Positions 60,280 to 64,000 of a stretch of DNA of 64,000 nucleotides are shown piece after piece. Source of the DNA: an uncultured Gammaproteobacteria bacterium (GTDB lineage: Bacteria; Patescibacteriota; Microgenomatia; UBA10105; UBA927); assembly GCA_964629685.1 (NCBI GenBank), contig CAZVTT010000004.1, positions 76-64,075 of the forward strand. Direction: 5' to 3'. The notes below the pieces were generated by a model. That model was given only the letters and a program-made list of their open reading frames with translations. It was not told the origin of the DNA and did not search any database. Position 1 is the stretch's first letter. Every line of letters starts with the position of its first letter. Made by a program: the position numbers and the translations under genes.

Positions 60280-60406
60280 GGATTTTATCTTTCTCCATTG
60301 ACTACGTTTGATCTCCGACTGGAACTCTCTCCGAACGGGATTTCCCTAATGGATAGTATCCAGCCTCAGGAATTATACGAGAAAAATGGAGTGAGTACAA
60401 CATTCC

Positions 60407-60775
60407 TTATTTCGCTGCTGTATCTATCTGTTCAGATACAATCTCACTAATTTCATCCCCTTCACGGTAGAGAAACCGAAAATCGGTCCGCTCCGCTTGT
60501 TCGGTAATATTTCCCTCAACATCACAAAACGTCACATGTGCATTTTCAAATAAATCCATACCTACATACGTTCCCTGAACTTCGCGTACATACACGGCAA
60601 CATCGCCGCGCAAATATTTCACCGGCTCTCCCGTATATCCCACGTGATAAACCCTATGTGTTTCCAACACCAAACTTTTTACCCTACCATCGGCGTCAAC
60701 AAATGCAAAGTAATCCACCTCATGCGGATGAGATTCTTGCGTAATATGCATCGCCGGCAATGGTTGCCGTTCCAT
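60407..60775 (-). CDS. Hypothetical protein (122 aa)
   Basis: Strong RBS AAGGAGG-5nt-ATG on minus strand; no recognisable domain. Confidence 0.5.
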   Translation of the reverse strand: MERQPLPAMHITQESHPHEVDYFAFVDADGRVKSLVLETHRVYHVGYTGEPVKYLRGDVAVYVREVQGTYVGMDLFENAHVTFCDVEGNITEQAERTDFRFLYREGDEISEIVSEQIDTAAK

Positions 60776-60964
60776 ATATGCCTCCTTTATTCAAACTGAT
60801 TTGGTTTCTACACAGCTGAAGAACTATATTTTATAGGCTATATTTATTTACGTCAAGCATACCCAATATGCCTGCAACGCAAAAGACACCCAAGGTTGTG
60901 ATTGTGATCAACAAATTCCCGAGAGGGAACGGCCTAAGGCCCCATGAGTGTCTTTGCACGAACA

Positions 60965-61360
60965 TTATACCGCTACCGTCGCCTCTGCTACTGAAACCAG
61001 CGCAACCGCCTGCATCATCCGCTTCAGGTGCGGATTGTCATCGCCATCTTCGGCTGTAATTTTCGCAATTACTTCCGTTCCGCCAGTCAGGGTAACGTTC
61101 CCATGTACATCTGCGGTGGCAATAACGATACCATCGGTATTTATGAACGTTGCGGTTTCACCGACGAACTGAACTGTTCCGAATGACAGAAATGATTCGC
61201 CATTCAGATAGGCTGTCCATTTATCATCAGTCGGCGAATTCCAGTGAACGCGGGCAAATGTGTGTTCAACGTTGTCGGGTCTATATAGCCCTATTCCGCT
61301 TCCCACACCCGGCACTGCATCGGCGATGCGATGCTTTCCTGAACTGTCTGTTACGAACAT
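60965..61360 (-). CDS. Hypothetical protein (131 aa), beta-rich
   Basis: Gly/Val/Thr-rich repeats (ATADVHGNVTLTGGTEV) suggest beta-helix/bactofilin-like fold; speculative. Confidence 0.35.
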   Translation of the reverse strand: MFVTDSSGKHRIADAVPGVGSGIGLYRPDNVEHTFARVHWNSPTDDKWTAYLNGESFLSFGTVQFVGETATFINTDGIVIATADVHGNVTLTGGTEVIAKITAEDGDDNPHLKRMMQAVALVSVAEATVAV

Positions 61361-61580
61361 GGTTTCCTCGCTAAACTATTTGGTAAATAATCCTCTGGTA
61401 CCGTGAGGTATAAATCCATCAGATCCTTTTAAACACAATAAATGTCCAAAAGGACCTGATGGAAGGTAGCGTTAAGTTAACGTGCAATGAAAAAGCGGAC
61501 TACAGATTAAGTGCCGCAAATGGCAAATTACCCGTATGTACGCTGAATTACAGTATACCCGAAGAGTACAGAATAGTCAA

Positions 61581-62234
61581 CTATAGGCCTATTACTACTT
61601 GCTCCTCCTTTTTCACTCCATCCACCTGTTTTATGGTAAATTCCACACCGTCAGATTCCAGAACGATATGCGCGGTATTTCCCACAGCTCCCGGGGGCAA
61701 AGACCGGTACGGAGCAAATCCGATATGCATTAAAAATTGACGGATACATCCTCCGTGGCTTACAACCAGCACCGTTTTACCGGCATACGCAACAGCAATC
61801 TCCCGAAGTGAAGTAATAAATCGACTAATCACCTCCGCGTCGCTTTCCACATCCGGTGCTAGTTTAAATGCTTTACGGTGCTCATCACTTAAAGATTCTT
61901 GTTGTTGTAATAAATCCCGAAGTTCCTGGTTATATTCCTCAAATGTTTTCCCTTCAAAATGTCCGAACATTCTTTCCCGAAGCAATTTGGTTGTTTGAAC
62001 AGCCAATTTCCGCTCTAATGTAATAAGTTCTGCAGTATGTTGAGCACGGTATAAATCTGAAGAAAAAATTGCATCAAAATGTATTTGCCTAAGAGATTCA
62101 CCGAGTACTCGGGCTTGTGTAATTCCGACAGGAGTTAATTTTGAATCGTGGTGTCCCTGAATTAAGCGTCGGACATTCCACTCAGTTTCTCCGTGACGCA
62201 CGAGATAAATCGTACAACTCTGAATTTTGTTCAT
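61581..62234 (-). CDS. Histidine phosphatase family protein (phosphoglycerate-mutase-like)
   Basis: LVRHGETEWN catalytic His motif, VSHGG second His. Confidence 0.7.
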   Translation of the reverse strand: MNKIQSCTIYLVRHGETEWNVRRLIQGHHDSKLTPVGITQARVLGESLRQIHFDAIFSSDLYRAQHTAELITLERKLAVQTTKLLRERMFGHFEGKTFEEYNQELRDLLQQQESLSDEHRKAFKLAPDVESDAEVISRFITSLREIAVAYAGKTVLVVSHGGCIRQFLMHIGFAPYRSLPPGAVGNTAHIVLESDGVEFTIKQVDGVKKEEQVVIGL

Positions 62235-62321
62235 ATTTTGTATTATACGATACCGTCGTTACGCGGTTATAAAGATATACAATTCTTTATGTAAAAACAT
62301 TACATACAGACTAGGATCGGT

Positions 62322-62813
62322 ATGATAGAATACAAATCAACAATGTTTCGTCGGGTATATCAATTACTTATACCGTTACTTTTCTTCGCAGTAGGATCTG
62401 CTTCTCCGGTGCTGGCACATGAACCCATGAAACACATGGCCATGAGACACTCGGAGGGACTTTCACCACTCATTTCAATACCGTTGCTTATTTCTATCGG
62501 CATCATTTTTCTCTTTTATGCATTGTTAAAACAAAAGCGTTCTGTTTTTGCTGCCGTATGCGTACTCTCATTAAGTGCCATAACCTTTAACACCATTGCA
62601 CCATCTAAAATAGTTTGTGCATTTTTTGTACACGAGGCTTCGTTTCAGGCCACAGATCACGATTGCTGTTCTACGGCAGCTCTGCCGGCGCAATCGCCGT
62701 TAACGTTAATCACCAGTGTAATTGTCGTGAAACGGACTAATCCGGACATGCCGCAGGCAGTAACGCTGCCCGCAGTCCGCACCCATAATCCCCGGGCACC
62801 GCCTCTTGTCTAA
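62322..62813 (+). CDS. Small membrane protein with His/Met-rich N-terminal segment
   Basis: 163 aa, signal/TM then HEPMKHMAMRH, two more TM. Confidence 0.35.
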   Translation: MIEYKSTMFRRVYQLLIPLLFFAVGSASPVLAHEPMKHMAMRHSEGLSPLISIPLLISIGIIFLFYALLKQKRSVFAAVCVLSLSAITFNTIAPSKIVCAFFVHEASFQATDHDCCSTAALPAQSPLTLITSVIVVKRTNPDMPQAVTLPAVRTHNPRAPPLV

Positions 62814-62840
62814 TTTCTCCTACGTGTAGTGTTTTCATTT

Positions 62841-62857
62841 TCCTCACGTCCGTGAGG
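62841..62857. repeat. Hairpin CCTCACG-tcc-CGTGAGG after preceding ORF (possible terminator, weak T tract upstream)
   Basis: Perfect 7-bp inverted repeat. Confidence 0.35.
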
Positions 62858-62873
62858 TGTATTCAGACAACTT

Positions 62874-64000
62874 ATGTTGCAATTACCGGCTAAAATTCAT
62901 CCGATCGTGGATGCCGTAATTCGCGAACGGGAAACCTTGTTTTCCCTGGTTCGGGGAACCGGCAGCGCGGTTAACATTATATTTCCTCAGATCATGGAGG
63001 AAAACATAGCAGCGTTACAACAGCTGTACCGTAAACATTCCCTTAACGGGGGAGTATACTACGCGCTCAAAGTGAACCAATCCCGCGCATTTTTGCGGCA
63101 GGCTAAACAGTCGGGAATCGGTCTTGACGCTGCTTCCGAACAGGAATTGGTTTCTGCATTGGCGGCTGGCTTTACCGGTAAGGAAATAGAAGTAACCGGG
63201 CCCAAAAATACAAACTTCATCCGCTTAGCACTACAACACTCATGTCTTCTGAATGTAGACAGCATTGAAGAGTTAGAAACAATAATCGGTATTGCTACGG
63301 AAACTAAACAGATCATTCCCGTATCCATACTCATGCGTCTGAGCAACTTTAGCCCGGTAGGTACGGGACACATTTCGCGTTTCGGAATTTCTATTTCGCA
63401 ATTTCAAAAACAATTACCGGTATTGCAAAAATACCACAAACAACTTTTCCTGAAAGGCTTTTCGTTTCATATCGATACAAACGCAATTCCGGAAAAAATT
63501 CTGGCAATAGATCAGCTACTGGATCTCTACGAACACACCGTCGCCGCCGGTCTCACCCCAAACGCACTGAATATAGGTGGGGGATTTCCCCAAGTATTTA
63601 CCGATAATCCTGCTGCATGGAATGAGTATGTTTCAGCACTAAAAGATTCAGTTGTTCAGCGACATGAACCGCTAACTTGGAGTAACGAAAATTATGGGTA
63701 TCTTATTCAAAATCAGATGGCATTGGGAACTCCAACCTTCTATAAGTACGGTGGTACCAAAACCGTAGAACACGCATTTACCGAACTTATGACCGCTGAG
63801 CTGCCGAAACACGACAGACAAACGGTGGCTGGCATCCTGCGGGAAAATACCATTGACTTGCTCATAGAGCCCGGCAAATCCAGTGTTGATCAGGCCGGAA
63901 TAACTGTGGCACCTGTAGATTTCGTTAAAACATCCGTCCGGGGAGACGTACTGGTCGGACTGGCAATAAAACGCGACGATGTTACTCCCGAAGATCAGGA
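62874..64000 (+). CDS. PLP-dependent fold-III enzyme (Orn/DAP/Arg decarboxylase or alanine-racemase-like), 3' truncated by window end
   Basis: Open frame from ATG 62874 to window end with no stop. VYYALKVNQSRAFL is the PLP-Lys motif region; TIM-barrel pattern follows. The ORF track omits it for lack of a stop. Confidence 0.6.
   Translation, partial: MLQLPAKIHPIVDAVIRERETLFSLVRGTGSAVNIIFPQIMEENIAALQQLYRKHSLNGGVYYALKVNQSRAFLRQAKQSGIGLDAASEQELVSALAAGFTGKEIEVTGPKNTNFIRLALQHSCLLNVDSIEELETIIGIATETKQIIPVSILMRLSNFSPVGTGHISRFGISISQFQKQLPVLQKYHKQLFLKGFSFHIDTNAIPEKILAIDQLLDLYEHTVAAGLTPNALNIGGGFPQVFTDNPAAWNEYVSALKDSVVQRHEPLTWSNENYGYLIQNQMALGTPTFYKYGGTKTVEHAFTELMTAELPKHDRQTVAGILRENTIDLLIEPGKSSVDQAGITVAPVDFVKTSVRGDVLVGLAIKRDDVTPEDQ

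Noticed and set aside
60071-60298. 75-aa ORF overlapping tRNA-Val
   Set aside because: Overlaps a confidently folded tRNA gene and the adjacent palindrome; no translation signals.
63059-63373. 104-aa minus-strand ORF near window end
   Set aside because: Antisense to the unterminated PLP-enzyme reading frame (62874-64000), which has clear motifs.
1-64000. CRISPR arrays, rRNA genes, IS/transposase or integrase genes
   Set aside because: No regularly spaced direct repeats, no rRNA-like conserved stretches, and no transposase/integrase-like ORFs were seen.

Overview
The window is a dense, mostly co-directional stretch of bacterial chromosome at roughly 45% GC. Several traits suggest a small-genome lineage, possibly CPR/Patescibacteria-like: truncated HolA and UvrC, an archaeal-type bifunctional FBP aldolase/phosphatase, many large GT-C-like membrane proteins, and extended -10 promoters only 7-8 nt from start codons. 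This lineage assignment is inference.

Housekeeping content includes:
- a SAM-I riboswitch 3' half upstream of metK;
- rarA and a short holA;
- a pmm-pmi-pgi sugar-phosphate cluster;
- a gluconeogenic run: ppsA, eno, gpmI, FBP aldolase/phosphatase, acs;
- rsmI and a DedA protein;
- divergent lexA with uvrB-uvrA, followed by a transglutaminase-like exoprotein and a short uvrC;
- yvcK, secG and greA;
- three standard tRNAs, all on the minus strand: Gln-TTG, Gly-GCC, Val-TAC.

The stretch from about 33-50 kb looks more accessory. It contains:
- a BlaI/BlaR1-like repressor/M56 sensor-protease pair whose TACTACA-N3-TGTAGTA operator is repeated at the promoter of a downstream DsbA-like plus DsbD_2::cupredoxin-like operon;
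- two tandem PlsC-like acyltransferase paralogs, each behind a TGcTATAAT extended -10 only 7-8 nt from its ATG;
- a csoR-copA copper module with a textbook CsoR operator palindrome;
- an APH(6)-like kinase, a DUF998 protein and a DHFR-like protein next to tRNA-Gln and a GIY-YIG gene.

The 3' third holds:
- an HlyD-type adaptor plus RND pump;
- an atypical 76-nt tRNA-like gene (anticodon GAA, Ser-like D-arm, non-canonical T-loop) with its own promoter and a bidirectional terminator;
- a 3'-truncated PLP fold-III enzyme gene that is missing from the ORF track.

No CRISPR array, rRNA or recognisable transposase was found.
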